Assembly: GCA_000435175.1 (NCBI GenBank)
Contig: FR880046.1
Location: 47,271-111,270, forward strand
DNA length: 64,000 nt
DNA from: Clostridium sp. CAG:245
Lineage (GTDB): Bacteria > Bacillota > Clostridia > TANB77 > CAG-508
Direction of reading: 5' to 3'
Of this stretch, positions 9,986-20,410 are shown in pieces (position 1 is the first letter of the stretch; the number at the start of each line of letters is the position of its first letter). A program made the translations under genes and the position numbers. The notes below the pieces were generated by a model that searched no databases, was not told the DNA's origin, and worked only from the letters and a program-made list of their open reading frames with translations.

Positions 9986-10909
9986 ATGATAGAGATAGTA
10001 AAAGAATTAAAAGAAGCAAATTGTGTAACTCATGGAGGTAAGTTCCATTCTGATGAAATTTTTGCAACGGTTATATTATCTAAAATATTAACTAACATAA
10101 AGTTAATTAGAGTAAATGAAGTAACAGACTCAATGAGAGAAAGTATTGCTAACAAATTAGTATATGATATTGGTGGCGGTGAGTTTGACCATCACCAAGC
10201 AGGTGGAAATGGACAAAGAGATAATGGAGTAAAATATGCATCTTGTGGATTAATATGGAAAAGTTATGGAAAAAAATATTTAGAAAAATGTAATGTAAAA
10301 AAAGAACATATAGAAGAATTATGTTTACAAATTGATAAAGATTTAATACAATACATAGATGCTAATGATAATGGACAGTCTACCAAGATTGATACAGACT
10401 ATAAACTTGTCGAATTAGCGAGTGTAATTTCTGCTTTTAATCCATGCTGGAACGAAACAGTAGATACCGATGAATGCTTCATGCAGGCTTATGAAATTGT
10501 AAAAAAATATTTTGAACGTTTTATTGCACGAGAAATTGCTAAAAATGAAGCAAAAGAATTAGTTGAAAATGCTATAGAAAATTCAAAAGAAGGAATAATG
10601 ATACTTGAACAATTTATGCCATGGGAAGAAGCGGTTTTAACATCAACAAATCCAAAGGCTGAGAAAATAAATTTTGTAGTATTTCCTTCTAATAGAGGGG
10701 GATTTTGTGTACATACAGTGCCAAAAGAACTTGGAAGTTTCGAAAATAGAAAAAGTTTACCTAAAGAATGGGCAGGACTAAGAGATGAAAAGCTACAAGA
10801 AGTTTCAAAGATAAAAACAGCAAAATTTTGCCATAATGCATGTTTTATTTGTACAGCAGAAACAAGAGAAGATGCCATAAAGATGGCTGAGATAGCACAA
10901 AGAGCTTGA
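9986..10909 (+). CDS. MYG1/UPF0160 family metal-dependent hydrolase
   Basis: N-terminal THGGKFHSDEIFA and DIGGGEFDHHQ motifs of the MYG1 family. Confidence 0.8.
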   Translation: MIEIVKELKEANCVTHGGKFHSDEIFATVILSKILTNIKLIRVNEVTDSMRESIANKLVYDIGGGEFDHHQAGGNGQRDNGVKYASCGLIWKSYGKKYLEKCNVKKEHIEELCLQIDKDLIQYIDANDNGQSTKIDTDYKLVELASVISAFNPCWNETVDTDECFMQAYEIVKKYFERFIAREIAKNEAKELVENAIENSKEGIMILEQFMPWEEAVLTSTNPKAEKINFVVFPSNRGGFCVHTVPKELGSFENRKSLPKEWAGLRDEKLQEVSKIKTAKFCHNACFICTAETREDAIKMAEIAQRA

Positions 10910-10978
10910 CGAGAGATCTTTAAGATTTGCACAATTAAAAAAACTCTTATTGAGTGAAAAGAGTATAATGTAATTGTT

Positions 10979-11023
10979 ATCCACCAGTAGAATCTTAATA
11001 AGGTTCTGCTGGTGGATTTTTTA
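10979..11023 (+). terminator. Rho-independent terminator
   Basis: ATCCACCAGTAGAA...TTCTGCTGGTGGAT stem followed by TTTTTTATT. Confidence 0.7.
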
Positions 11024-11203
11024 TTGCATGTAGCAAAATGCAGAATTTTGTCGAACGATTTTACTTGATTTTTGTATTATTAAATAATATAATCATCATA
11101 TTAAATAAATTATTTCAAAAACATTTGTATTTTATAAATTTATTCAAAAATTCGCTATAGCGAAAGTTGTTAATTCTTATACAAACCCAATGAATTATAT
11201 ATT

Positions 11204-11232
11204 GACCTATAGGTAAACTCTATTGTATAATA
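11204..11232 (+). promoter_or_regulatory. Sigma-A type promoter for the Rpn-family gene
   Basis: TTGACC, 18-nt spacer, TATAAT, ~15 nt before a strong RBS (AAGGAGG). Confidence 0.45.
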
Positions 11233-11245
11233 AGGAGGAAGATAG

Positions 11246-12421
11246 ATGGAAGAAGAAAAAATGTATGTTCCCTCAGGATTAAAAACAAAAGATGGTAAAG
11301 ATATTATGTGCTATACTGGAGCTTTCTATTTAAAGAACAAAGAAAAAATAGAAAGAATGGTAAAAAAAGGCGAAGAAATATTAAGAGATGAGAATAAATT
11401 CTCTGAAAAACAACAAAAAGACAATAAGAATATAGTAAAAGAAGAAAATGAAAAGTATAAGACAAATGCTCAAATAAATAAAAAACATGACAAGTTATTT
11501 AAAGAAATACTGTCAGACAAGAAAGAAGCAGTTAATTTTATAAATCACTATTTAAATTTAAATCTACTAGAAGATGATATTGAAAAATATGAAAAAGAGT
11601 TTAGAACTGAAGAATTATATAATATAGAGGCTGATGTTGTATACAAAATAAAGAATAAAAATGTGTTTATACTAATAGAACATCAATCAAGTGTAGATTT
11701 AAAGATGTCATATAGGATATTGTCTTACAAAAATGCGATTGTAGATTCTGCAATAGACAGAAAAAGATTAAGAGAGAAAAGTTATAAAATTCCAAAAGTA
11801 ATAGCGATGGTATTATATACTGGGAAAAGACAATGGCATAAATTATCCATAAAAGACATCGAAGAGCAAATAGAAGGATATGAAGAAAATGCAGGAGAAT
11901 ATAACCTGATAGATGCAAATGAATTTAGCAGAGAAAAACTACTTGAAGATAATCTGATAACTTCTAAAGCTATGCTGATTGAAAAATCACAAAATAAAGA
12001 GGAATTATATAAAAATATAGAAGATGTAATAAATAATCAGAAGAAAAACGGAAATTTTGACAATTGGCAGTTGGAAAAATTAGTTCAATATGAACTTGCA
12101 GAAACAGAAGATAAAGAAATAATCAGTAAATTTATAGAAAAAATAAAAAATATAGGGAGGAATGATGAAATTATGACTAATGCTTCAAGAATAATTAATA
12201 GAGAAATAAGAAAGAGCAAAAAAGAAGGAATTGAAATTGGTTGGAATCAGGGAATTATAAGAGGAAAAGAAGAGGGAAAAATAGAGGGAAAGGTTGAAGG
12301 TAAAGCAGAAGGTAAAGCTGAAGGAATTGCTTTGGTGGCAAAGAGACTTAAAGGAAAAATGCATATAAAAGATATAAGCCAAATAACAGGGCTTAGTGAG
12401 AAAGAAATTAAACAATTGTAA
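11246..12421 (+). CDS. Rpn-family recombination-promoting nuclease / putative transposase (PD-(D/E)XK, YhgA-like)
   Basis: N-terminal HDKLFKEIL motif and nuclease core (VFILIEHQSSVD). C-terminal EGKIEGKVEGKAEGKAEGIALVA repeat and ...ISQITGLSEKEIKQL tail characteristic of Rpn/transposase_31 proteins. Confidence 0.8.
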   Translation: MEEEKMYVPSGLKTKDGKDIMCYTGAFYLKNKEKIERMVKKGEEILRDENKFSEKQQKDNKNIVKEENEKYKTNAQINKKHDKLFKEILSDKKEAVNFINHYLNLNLLEDDIEKYEKEFRTEELYNIEADVVYKIKNKNVFILIEHQSSVDLKMSYRILSYKNAIVDSAIDRKRLREKSYKIPKVIAMVLYTGKRQWHKLSIKDIEEQIEGYEENAGEYNLIDANEFSREKLLEDNLITSKAMLIEKSQNKEELYKNIEDVINNQKKNGNFDNWQLEKLVQYELAETEDKEIISKFIEKIKNIGRNDEIMTNASRIINREIRKSKKEGIEIGWNQGIIRGKEEGKIEGKVEGKAEGKAEGIALVAKRLKGKMHIKDISQITGLSEKEIKQL

Positions 12422-12463
12422 GAAAAATTATGAACATTAATGTGAAACTTTACATAAAACAAT

Positions 12464-12492
12464 AGACATCCCTCAAATTCTATGGTAAAATA
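12464..12492 (+). promoter_or_regulatory. Candidate promoter of the jet operon
   Basis: TAGACA, 17-nt spacer, TGgTAAAAT (extended -10), followed by a GGAGGG RBS and an ATG at 12518. Confidence 0.35.
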
Positions 12493-12517
12493 TAACAGTA
12501 GAAGAAATGGAGGGAAT

Positions 12518-13891
12518 ATGAATTTATTCGATAAAATACCGAAAAACTTTTTTTCAATACTAGTATCAAAAAATAAAAATTTATATATAGATGCTTTATT
12601 TGTATTAAGAGATGCTTTTAAGCAGGAAATGAGTATATCAAAAGAAAATATAATCTCAAGGCTGATAAATAGTTTAGAAGATGAGATTAATCAAGAAGAT
12701 TTTTCTGAAGATGAAAATGTGAGTGATTTAAAAGACAACAATATTACAGGTAAAGCATATTTTTTATTGAGAAAATTAGAATGGGCTGGTTGGATTGAAA
12801 GAGAAATGCAGAGAGACTCATTCGAGGAATTTATAATTTTACCAGATTATTCAATAAAGTTTATTAATTTATTGTATTCATTTACAGAAGAAAAGCAGGT
12901 CGAATATAACTCATATGTATTTGCTACATACACGGCTTTAAAGTTTGCAAGTACAGAGAAAAATGAAACATATAATGCGGTTATAACAGCTTATAATAAT
13001 ACAATTCAATTAATAGATGAACTAAAATCTGTATATAACAGTCTTGGAAGATTTCACAGAAAAATGTGTAATCAAGATGATGTTAATAATATAATAAGCC
13101 AACATTTTTTCGAGTATAAAGAATATAGTGATGAGATGATTTTTCCTAGATTTACTAGAGATTCTGTTCCGAGGTATAGGCTTCCAATTATAGAGTTATT
13201 AACGGAAATTTTAGCAGATGAAGAAAGACTACAGAATGCTATAAATGTGGCCTACAGTAGTAAGAGATACAAGACTAAAGAAGATGCTGAAAATGACATA
13301 TTAAATAAAATTAGAATAATTTCTGAAATATATGAGAATATTGGAACAACGATGAATGAGATTGAAACAAAAAATAATGACTATGTAAGAGCATCTGTTA
13401 AGAGAATACAATATTTACTGACTAATGATAAAGAATTGAAAGGTAAGTTAGTAAATATATTGAAAAATTCAAAAAATGAACAAGTAATTGACAAAATGAT
13501 AGACCAATTACAGTTATCAAGACAAGAATATTTGTCTAACGATTCTGTTTATATAAGAACGAAAAATATTAAAAAACAAGGAAAATCGATGCCAGTAAAA
13601 CAATCTAAACCGATAGATTCAAGAGCACTTTATGATTTTGCTAAGAGCTTGGAAAATATGTATAGTAATAAAACAATAAATGAGTTTATGGAGAAAAACT
13701 TTAAGAATAAACCATTTATTAGCTCAAGTGAAATTGAGTTAAATACAACAGAGGACTTAATTTTATTAATACTATCAACAATAAAGGCAGATAAATCAAG
13801 CAAGAGTTTTTATTACATAGAAGATAGTGATGAAACAATAAATAATAATGGATACTTAATTCCAAATATTAAGTTTATAAGGAGAAGTTAA
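12518..13891 (+). CDS. jetA: Wadjet system protein JetA (MksF/kleisin-like)
   Basis: ~457 aa, first gene of a 4-gene operon of ~460/214/1112/~400 aa. This is the canonical jetABCD order and sizes. Assignment is by operon context and size. The ORF track start at 12482 is less likely than the ATG after the GGAGGG RBS. Confidence 0.65.
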   Translation: MNLFDKIPKNFFSILVSKNKNLYIDALFVLRDAFKQEMSISKENIISRLINSLEDEINQEDFSEDENVSDLKDNNITGKAYFLLRKLEWAGWIEREMQRDSFEEFIILPDYSIKFINLLYSFTEEKQVEYNSYVFATYTALKFASTEKNETYNAVITAYNNTIQLIDELKSVYNSLGRFHRKMCNQDDVNNIISQHFFEYKEYSDEMIFPRFTRDSVPRYRLPIIELLTEILADEERLQNAINVAYSSKRYKTKEDAENDILNKIRIISEIYENIGTTMNEIETKNNDYVRASVKRIQYLLTNDKELKGKLVNILKNSKNEQVIDKMIDQLQLSRQEYLSNDSVYIRTKNIKKQGKSMPVKQSKPIDSRALYDFAKSLENMYSNKTINEFMEKNFKNKPFISSSEIELNTTEDLILLILSTIKADKSSKSFYYIEDSDETINNNGYLIPNIKFIRRS

Positions 13892-14536
13892 ATGTTCGAA
13901 GAAAAATATAATAATTTAACTGGAGCAGAAAAAGAAAATTTTAAAAGAATTACGAGTTTATTACTTAATAGAACTTTTATGGTAAATAGATTTTATGATA
14001 AAAATCAAGGCACTTTTAGGTCTAATAGTGATTACAGGTTTATTGATAGAAACATAGATTTATTTAGAGAATACCTTGAAATAGCTGGTTATAGGCTATT
14101 GAAAGACAGCAATTATGAAGTTATTTATATAGAAAACGAGTATGAATATAATAAAAAGAGATTAGATAAAAATACAACAATATTCTTATATGGATTAAGA
14201 CTGAAATTTGATGAGGATAGAGAAAGTGTAAAGTTAAATACTGATACCATTGTTAGTGTATCTGACATTATAAAAACTTTGATAGACGTTGGTGCATTTA
14301 ATAAAAAGCCTTCGGATATGGATATAAAGACGGCACTATCTAATCTAGCAAAATTTAATATTATTCAAAAAGTTGATGGAAAATTTGAAGATCCAGAAAC
14401 AAAAATAATAATCTTTCCATCAATATTATTTGCTGTAACAAACGAAAAAATTACAGCTTTGAGCCAAACAATATCAATTTTAGAAGAAAATGTAGAAGAT
14501 GACGAAAATGAAGAAGAGGAGGACTCTGAGGAATAA
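13892..14536 (+). CDS. jetB: Wadjet system protein JetB (MksE-like)
   Basis: 214 aa with an acidic C-terminal tail, translationally coupled between jetA and jetC (start overlaps the jetA stop; its stop overlaps the jetC start). Confidence 0.65.
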   Translation: MFEEKYNNLTGAEKENFKRITSLLLNRTFMVNRFYDKNQGTFRSNSDYRFIDRNIDLFREYLEIAGYRLLKDSNYEVIYIENEYEYNKKRLDKNTTIFLYGLRLKFDEDRESVKLNTDTIVSVSDIIKTLIDVGAFNKKPSDMDIKTALSNLAKFNIIQKVDGKFEDPETKIIIFPSILFAVTNEKITALSQTISILEENVEDDENEEEEDSEE

Positions 14537-17500
14537 TGAAGAAACTAGAAAGAATGTTATTGATAAATTGGCATTATATAAGTAAGGAAATGATTGAATT
14601 TTCAAATATTAATTTCTTGACTGGTAAAAACGGCTCTGGAAAGTCTACGATTATAGATGCTTTGCAACTTTTGCTATTGGGAGATACTAGAGGAAATTTC
14701 TTTAATAAGGCTGCAAATGATAGAACCGAAAGAACTCTTGAAGGCTATTTGAGAGGCGAAATTGGTGATGATGGGGATACGGGTTACAAGTATTTAAGAA
14801 GTGGAAAATTTTCTAGTTATATTGTTTGCGAATTTTATGATACGGTTACAAGAAAAAATTTCTGCATTGGAGTCGTATTTGACGTTTACAATGAGAGTGG
14901 CTTTGAACATAAATTTTTTATGTTTAATGGAAGTATTCCGGAAAATGAATTTATAGGAGAGAATAATATTCCGTTTTCATTTGCAGAATTGAAGAGCTTC
15001 TTGACTAGAAAATATGGTAATAAAAATTTAGAAATATGTACAAGTAATACTCAATACCAAGTGGCAGTAAGAGGAAAGCTCGGAGGATTAAATCAGAAGT
15101 TTTTTAATCTGTTTAAGAAGGCTGTAACTTTTACACCAATAAATGATATTGAAAAATTTATAGTAGAATATGTGTGTGATGTAAAAAATCAAATTGATAT
15201 AACTTCTATGCAGGAAAACATAAGACAATATAATAGTTTATTAAAACAAGTAGATGTAATGAATACTCAGAAAAATCAACTTCAAGAAATTGAAAATACA
15301 TATAATGGCTATCTTGACGAATGTATGAAACAAAGAGAAGCACAATATTTAATATGGAGAGCCGAAAAACAGCAATTAATTGATGAATATGAAAATCTAC
15401 AAAAGCAAGTCCAAGATGATAAAGATGGCAAAGTAAGCTTAGAGGAAACAACGACACAACTTGAAAAAACAAAGGGCGAGATTGAAAAAGAAATATCAGA
15501 TTTAACAGTAACAAGAGCAAATTCTGATATTAAAATAAAGAGTGATAAGATTACTGCCAAAATACAAGAAATAGATAGTAAGCTTAATAACATTAGTGAA
15601 AAGGCAAGCAAAAACATTGCAACTCTAAGAAATTATACATTAAGATGGAATGCAAGCATTTCTAAACTAGAAAGTGCAAAAGACAAAGTAAATTATCAAA
15701 ATATAAATAATACTAGAGATTTAATAAAGTACATAGATAGTATAAATGAAAATATTTTTAATGAATTAGACATAAATGCAATAACAGAAACGAGAAACAA
15801 TATATCAGATTTAATAAATTGGGGAACGAGTACTTATTTTGATAAAAAGTATGAAATAGACAATAAGAAACAGACTAGAGAAGTTCTAATTCAAGATATA
15901 GAAAAATTAAAGAATGGAATTAATCCATATGATTCACAATTTATAAATTTTAAAGCTATGTTGGAGGCAAGACTAAAAGAAAAGTTTTGTAAAGACATAG
16001 AGGTATCAATTTTAGCAGATTTATTAGAAATAAAAGATGCAAGATGGCAGAATGCAATCGAAGGTTACTTAAATACGCAGAAAAAATATTTAATAATAGA
16101 CCCACAATATTTTGAAGAAGCTTCAAAAATATATAGAGAACTTGCACGAGAAAACGAAAAAATACATTCATTTGGTATAGTTGATATTGAAAAAATTAGA
16201 AAAGACAATGCATCAAATGCACTTGAAAATAGTCTTGCAACAGAAGTAATTACTGAAAATGAATTGGCAAGAACATATGTTGATTACCTATTAGGAAGAG
16301 TAATTAAATGTGAAACAATAGAAGAGTTAAGAAGCCATAAACAAGCTATAACATCAGATTGCATGTTGTACCAAGGATATGTGCTTAGAAAAATAGATCC
16401 TAAATTCTATAAATATCCGGTTATAGGTAAGAAAGCATTAGAACAACAAAAACAAATAAAAGAAAATGAGCTTGCTAAATTGGAAGATGATATAAATAAT
16501 TTTGAAACTGTTATAAATGCAGTGGATAGTATTAGAAAAATGGCTAACTTTGGAGAAGAATTTTTACCAGGCTTAGAAGAAGACATTATCGAAGCAAAGA
16601 AAAAATCTGAATATGATGAAGAAAAACAGAAATTACAACAAGAATTAGACAGTATGGATTTATTCTGGTTAAATACAATTTCTGAAAAGATAAAAGAAAA
16701 AGAAGTAGAAAAAACAAAAATAGAACAGCAAATAAAGGATAATAGTTTAAAATTAGGAATACTAAGTGAAGCAATAAAGAATATAGAGGAAGAAAGGCTT
16801 CCTAGAATAAGCTTATCAATAGAAGAAAAGACTAACAAAATTAATGACTTTTATGATGTTGAATGGCAACAAAATGTTGGTGAACAGAAGTATGATATAC
16901 AATCATTAAAGAAAACTGCAGAGAGAATAGCAGAGTCATATTCTAATATCATAAAAGGAATAATAAAAAGAAAAGACCAATTGCATGCAGAACTTATAGA
17001 CAAGAGAAGTGATTTTAATACGAAATACCAATATGCATATAACATTCAAGATGCAAGCAATGAGGAATTTTCTAAACACTTGAAAAAATTAGAAGAAGTG
17101 GTATTACCAGAATATACAGAAAAAATAAAAGATTCAAGACAGAAAGCATATGAGCAATTTAGAATAGAATTTTTAGACAAGCTAAAATCTAACATTGATG
17201 AGGTAAAGAAACAAATAAAAGAACTAAACAGTGCACTGGGAGAACACAGATTTGGAACAGATTCATACAGCTTCAAAGTATCTCCAAAGCAAGAGTATAA
17301 AAGATTTTATGATATGCTTCAAGACGACTTATTACTAGGAGACTGGGCTATAGGACAGGAACAGTTTAACCAGAAATATTCTCAAGAGATAAAAGAATTA
17401 TTTGAAAAAATAACTACAACAGATGTGAATAATAATTCGATTTCAAGTGAGGAGTATGAGAAAAACATCAAAGAATATACCGATTATAGAACATATTTGA

Positions 17501-17874
17501 ACTTTGATTTAATAGTAAAAGATAAACTTGGAAACGAGCAACGTTTATCTAAGACATTATTGAAAAAGTCTGGTGGAGAAACGCAGACACCATTCTATAT
17601 ATCAATATTGGCATCATTTGCACAATTATATAGAACTAAGAGTAATGATAATACCATAAGATTAATTGTATTTGATGAGGCGTTCAGCAAAATGGATAGC
17701 GAGAGAATAGAAGAAAGTATTAAGCTCTTAAAGAAGATACAATTTCAAGCAATATTTGCTGCACCACCAGAAAAATTGCAAGATATTCAAGCACTAGTTG
17801 ATTCAACATTACTAGTATTAAATCCGGAAGAACATGAGATTGTTGTGAAGAAGTATACTAATAAGGAAGAATAA
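14536..17874 (+). CDS. jetC: Wadjet system SMC-like ATPase JetC (MksB/MukB-like)
   Basis: 1112 aa. N-terminal LINWHYISKEMIEF...LTGKNGSGKSTIIDALQLLLLG (MukB-like NW motif plus Walker A). Long central coiled coil. C-terminal LSGGETQ signature and Walker B LIVFDEAFSKMD. Confidence 0.85.
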   Translation: MKKLERMLLINWHYISKEMIEFSNINFLTGKNGSGKSTIIDALQLLLLGDTRGNFFNKAANDRTERTLEGYLRGEIGDDGDTGYKYLRSGKFSSYIVCEFYDTVTRKNFCIGVVFDVYNESGFEHKFFMFNGSIPENEFIGENNIPFSFAELKSFLTRKYGNKNLEICTSNTQYQVAVRGKLGGLNQKFFNLFKKAVTFTPINDIEKFIVEYVCDVKNQIDITSMQENIRQYNSLLKQVDVMNTQKNQLQEIENTYNGYLDECMKQREAQYLIWRAEKQQLIDEYENLQKQVQDDKDGKVSLEETTTQLEKTKGEIEKEISDLTVTRANSDIKIKSDKITAKIQEIDSKLNNISEKASKNIATLRNYTLRWNASISKLESAKDKVNYQNINNTRDLIKYIDSINENIFNELDINAITETRNNISDLINWGTSTYFDKKYEIDNKKQTREVLIQDIEKLKNGINPYDSQFINFKAMLEARLKEKFCKDIEVSILADLLEIKDARWQNAIEGYLNTQKKYLIIDPQYFEEASKIYRELARENEKIHSFGIVDIEKIRKDNASNALENSLATEVITENELARTYVDYLLGRVIKCETIEELRSHKQAITSDCMLYQGYVLRKIDPKFYKYPVIGKKALEQQKQIKENELAKLEDDINNFETVINAVDSIRKMANFGEEFLPGLEEDIIEAKKKSEYDEEKQKLQQELDSMDLFWLNTISEKIKEKEVEKTKIEQQIKDNSLKLGILSEAIKNIEEERLPRISLSIEEKTNKINDFYDVEWQQNVGEQKYDIQSLKKTAERIAESYSNIIKGIIKRKDQLHAELIDKRSDFNTKYQYAYNIQDASNEEFSKHLKKLEEVVLPEYTEKIKDSRQKAYEQFRIEFLDKLKSNIDEVKKQIKELNSALGEHRFGTDSYSFKVSPKQEYKRFYDMLQDDLLLGDWAIGQEQFNQKYSQEIKELFEKITTTDVNNNSISSEEYEKNIKEYTDYRTYLNFDLIVKDKLGNEQRLSKTLLKKSGGETQTPFYISILASFAQLYRTKSNDNTIRLIVFDEAFSKMDSERIEESIKLLKKIQFQAIFAAPPEKLQDIQALVDSTLLVLNPEEHEIVVKKYTNKEE

Positions 17875-17884
17875 TTATTTTCCA

Positions 17885-19109
17885 ATGCAATTTGAAGAGA
17901 AGGAATATAGAATGGATTTTGAGAAGATTATTTTAAATACATTGTTAGATAAATACGAGGCTAGCAAGGCTTTATATGAAACTTCTAATAGAAGAATCAT
18001 ATTAAAAATGAAGAATCTAACTGGTTATAATATTGAAAATTATGATAGAAAACAGATAATTCATGATGTGATATTTGAGTTAAAAAAAGAAGGCATAATA
18101 GATTTTTCTTGGCAAAAATACGAGAAGCGGAAACATAATAGAAGAAATTTGGTTAAATAAAGAAAATGTGGAATGGGCATATGAAAAGGCTAATAGAACA
18201 AATGTAAAAGAAAATATTGAGCTATTATTGAAAATACTAGAAGAAGCGGAATTTAATCAAGAGTGGATAAATGAGTACAAACAAAACATGATAAATTATT
18301 TGAAAGAAAAGCATAAAACAAATAATTTGTTTCCTGTTCAATTTGCACAAGATATTTTGCTGGTGTTAAAACAGATTGATAACAAAGAAGAAAATTTAAA
18401 ACGTGTATTAAGTATAAAATGCTTTGGAGATTCTAAATATTTTGAGAGAAATATAGAACACATTCTAATAAGAATTATTAAAACATATTTGCTTGAAAAG
18501 GCAGAAGAATATAGTAATGATGATATCTTATTAGAAGTAGGAATATCAAAATATCCCGAAATCTTTGAATTTTGTGGAGACATGGAATATTACATAGACG
18601 ATGAAAAAATAGAGTACAAAAAAGAAACTATGGGAAGCTATTTGAATAGTTATAATGTAGAAAAAATGACAAATTTGACAATTAAGAATGCAAGAAAAAT
18701 ATTATTCATAGAAAATAAAGCTAACTATATAGATTATATTCAAAACAAGCAAGAAAGTGATGAATTTGTAATATATCATGGTGGAATGTATAGTCCACTA
18801 AAAGGTAAATTCTTTAAAAAAATATATGAAGCCTGCGAAAACCAAGAATTTTATCATTGGAGTGACATAGATATTGGTGGATTTAGAATATTTACGAGAC
18901 TTAAAAAAATTATACCAGAACTACAAGAATATAAAATGGATACAGAAGCATTTTTAGCTAAAAAAGAATATTGGAAAGAAATGAATCAAGACTATAGAAA
19001 AAGGCTACAACAATTAAGAGGATCGGCAGAGTATGAGACTTTTTATGAAGTGATTGACGCAATGTTAGAGAACAATAGCAAATTAGAACAAGAAGCATTT
19101 ATATTATAA
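17885..19109 (+). CDS. jetD: Wadjet system Toprim nuclease JetD (MksG-like), split into ORFs 17885..18160 and 18168..19109 by an apparent frameshift
   Basis: C-terminal part has Toprim/DUF2220 motifs (ILFIENKANY; YHWSDIDIGGFRIF). The 91-aa upstream ORF in another frame supplies the missing N-terminal domain (91+313 aa, about 400 aa like JetD). The second ORF starts with GTG. Confidence 0.75.
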
Positions 19110-19357
19110 ATTAGGTAAAGGTCAAGCCTCATAAATAGGTAACTATTAAATACATTTGATAAAATGGAAAAATATTACAATATTTCAAACCGAAGCATTG
19201 ACAAAATGAATAAAAATGATATATAATGAATATACTAAAGAAGCAATTGAAAGATTGCTGATAGGAGTTCATAAAGAACGATTTGAAATTAGGTAAAGTT
19301 CAAGCCTCATAAATGAACTGTAATGAAATTAGGTAATGCTTAAGCCTTATAAATAAG
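19109..19357. repeat. Three copies of a ~31-nt repeat AATTAGGTAAaGnTCAAGCCTcATAAATa (19109..19139, 19287..19317, 19327..19357); the last two are tandem with a 40-nt period
   Basis: Read directly. Copy 1 abuts the jetD stop. Copies 2 and 3 lie downstream of a TTGACA-17-TATAAT promoter (19198..19226), in the leader of a 30-codon ORF and yebC. Confidence 0.55.
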
Positions 19358-19552
19358 CAGTGATAAAATAGGGAGTATATAAGTGGTAACACATGTACTC
19401 TCTTATTTTGTGCAGAAAAGAGGTTAGATGAAAGAATTATTTAAAATTTTAATAAAATACTACCCAAATGGCAAAATTTGTGGTAAAATAAAAAATGTAA
19501 TTTTTACGAGAAATAAATAATGGCTAAAAGCCAATAAGAAGGAGGAGTTAAA

Positions 19553-20281
19553 ATGTCAGGTCATAGCAAATGGCATAATATTCAAGCTAAAAAAGGTAAA
19601 GCTGATGCAGCAAGAGGTAAAGTATTCACAAAATTAGGAAGAGAATTATTAATAGCAGTAAAGCAAGGTGGACCTGACCCGGCTGGAAACTCTAAATTAA
19701 AAGATGTAATTGCAAAATGTAAGGCAGCAAACATGCCAAACGATACAATAAACAATGCAATTAAGAAAGCATCTGGAGCTGGAAACGCAGAAAACTATGA
19801 AGAAGTTATATATGAAGGATATGGACCAAACGGTGTTGCTGTTATAGTAGAAGCAAGTACAGATAACAGAAATAGAACAGCAGCAGATGTAAGACACGTA
19901 TTTGATAGAGCCGGTGGAAACTTAGGAACAACAGGTTGTGTTTCTTACATGTTCAATAAAAAAGGTGTAATGGTTGTAGATAAAGCAGAATGCAAACAAT
20001 CAGAAGATGATTTAATGATGATTGCATTAGATGCAGGGGCAGAAGATTTTGAGGCTGATGAAGAATGTTACACAATTACAACAACACCTGAAGACTTTTC
20101 AAGTGTAAGAGAAACTCTAGAAGGCCAAGGAATAGAATTCTTAGAAGCAGAGGTTCAAATGGTTCCAACAACATATGTTGCATTAGATGAAAAAGCTCAA
20201 GAAAGAATGGATAAATTATTAGAAAATCTTGATGAATTAGATGATGTTATGAACGTTTACCACAATAGTGAAAATAATTAA
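19553..20281 (+). CDS. yebC: YebC/PmpR family DNA-binding transcriptional regulator
   Basis: [31 protein letters not shown]... is the hallmark YebC N-terminus. 242 aa. Strong RBS AGGAGG. Confidence 0.9.
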   Translation: MSGHSKWHNIQAKKGKADAARGKVFTKLGRELLIAVKQGGPDPAGNSKLKDVIAKCKAANMPNDTINNAIKKASGAGNAENYEEVIYEGYGPNGVAVIVEASTDNRNRTAADVRHVFDRAGGNLGTTGCVSYMFNKKGVMVVDKAECKQSEDDLMMIALDAGAEDFEADEECYTITTTPEDFSSVRETLEGQGIEFLEAEVQMVPTTYVALDEKAQERMDKLLENLDELDDVMNVYHNSENN

Positions 20282-20410
20282 TTATAAATAGAATCATACA
20301 GCAAAATGTATGGTTCTATTTTTTTATGTGAAGCATATAATAATTATTAACAAAGGAGAAAGGAAATAATCAATTAAATAGATTAATAAATTGATTATAC
20401 AAAAAATATA

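Noticed and set aside
12185-12462. Minus-strand ORFs in the 3' part of the Rpn gene (12185..12415, 12247..12462)
   Set aside because: Antisense to the EGK-repeat coding region, which gives Phe/Ser/Leu repeats. Artefact of the repetitive coding sequence.
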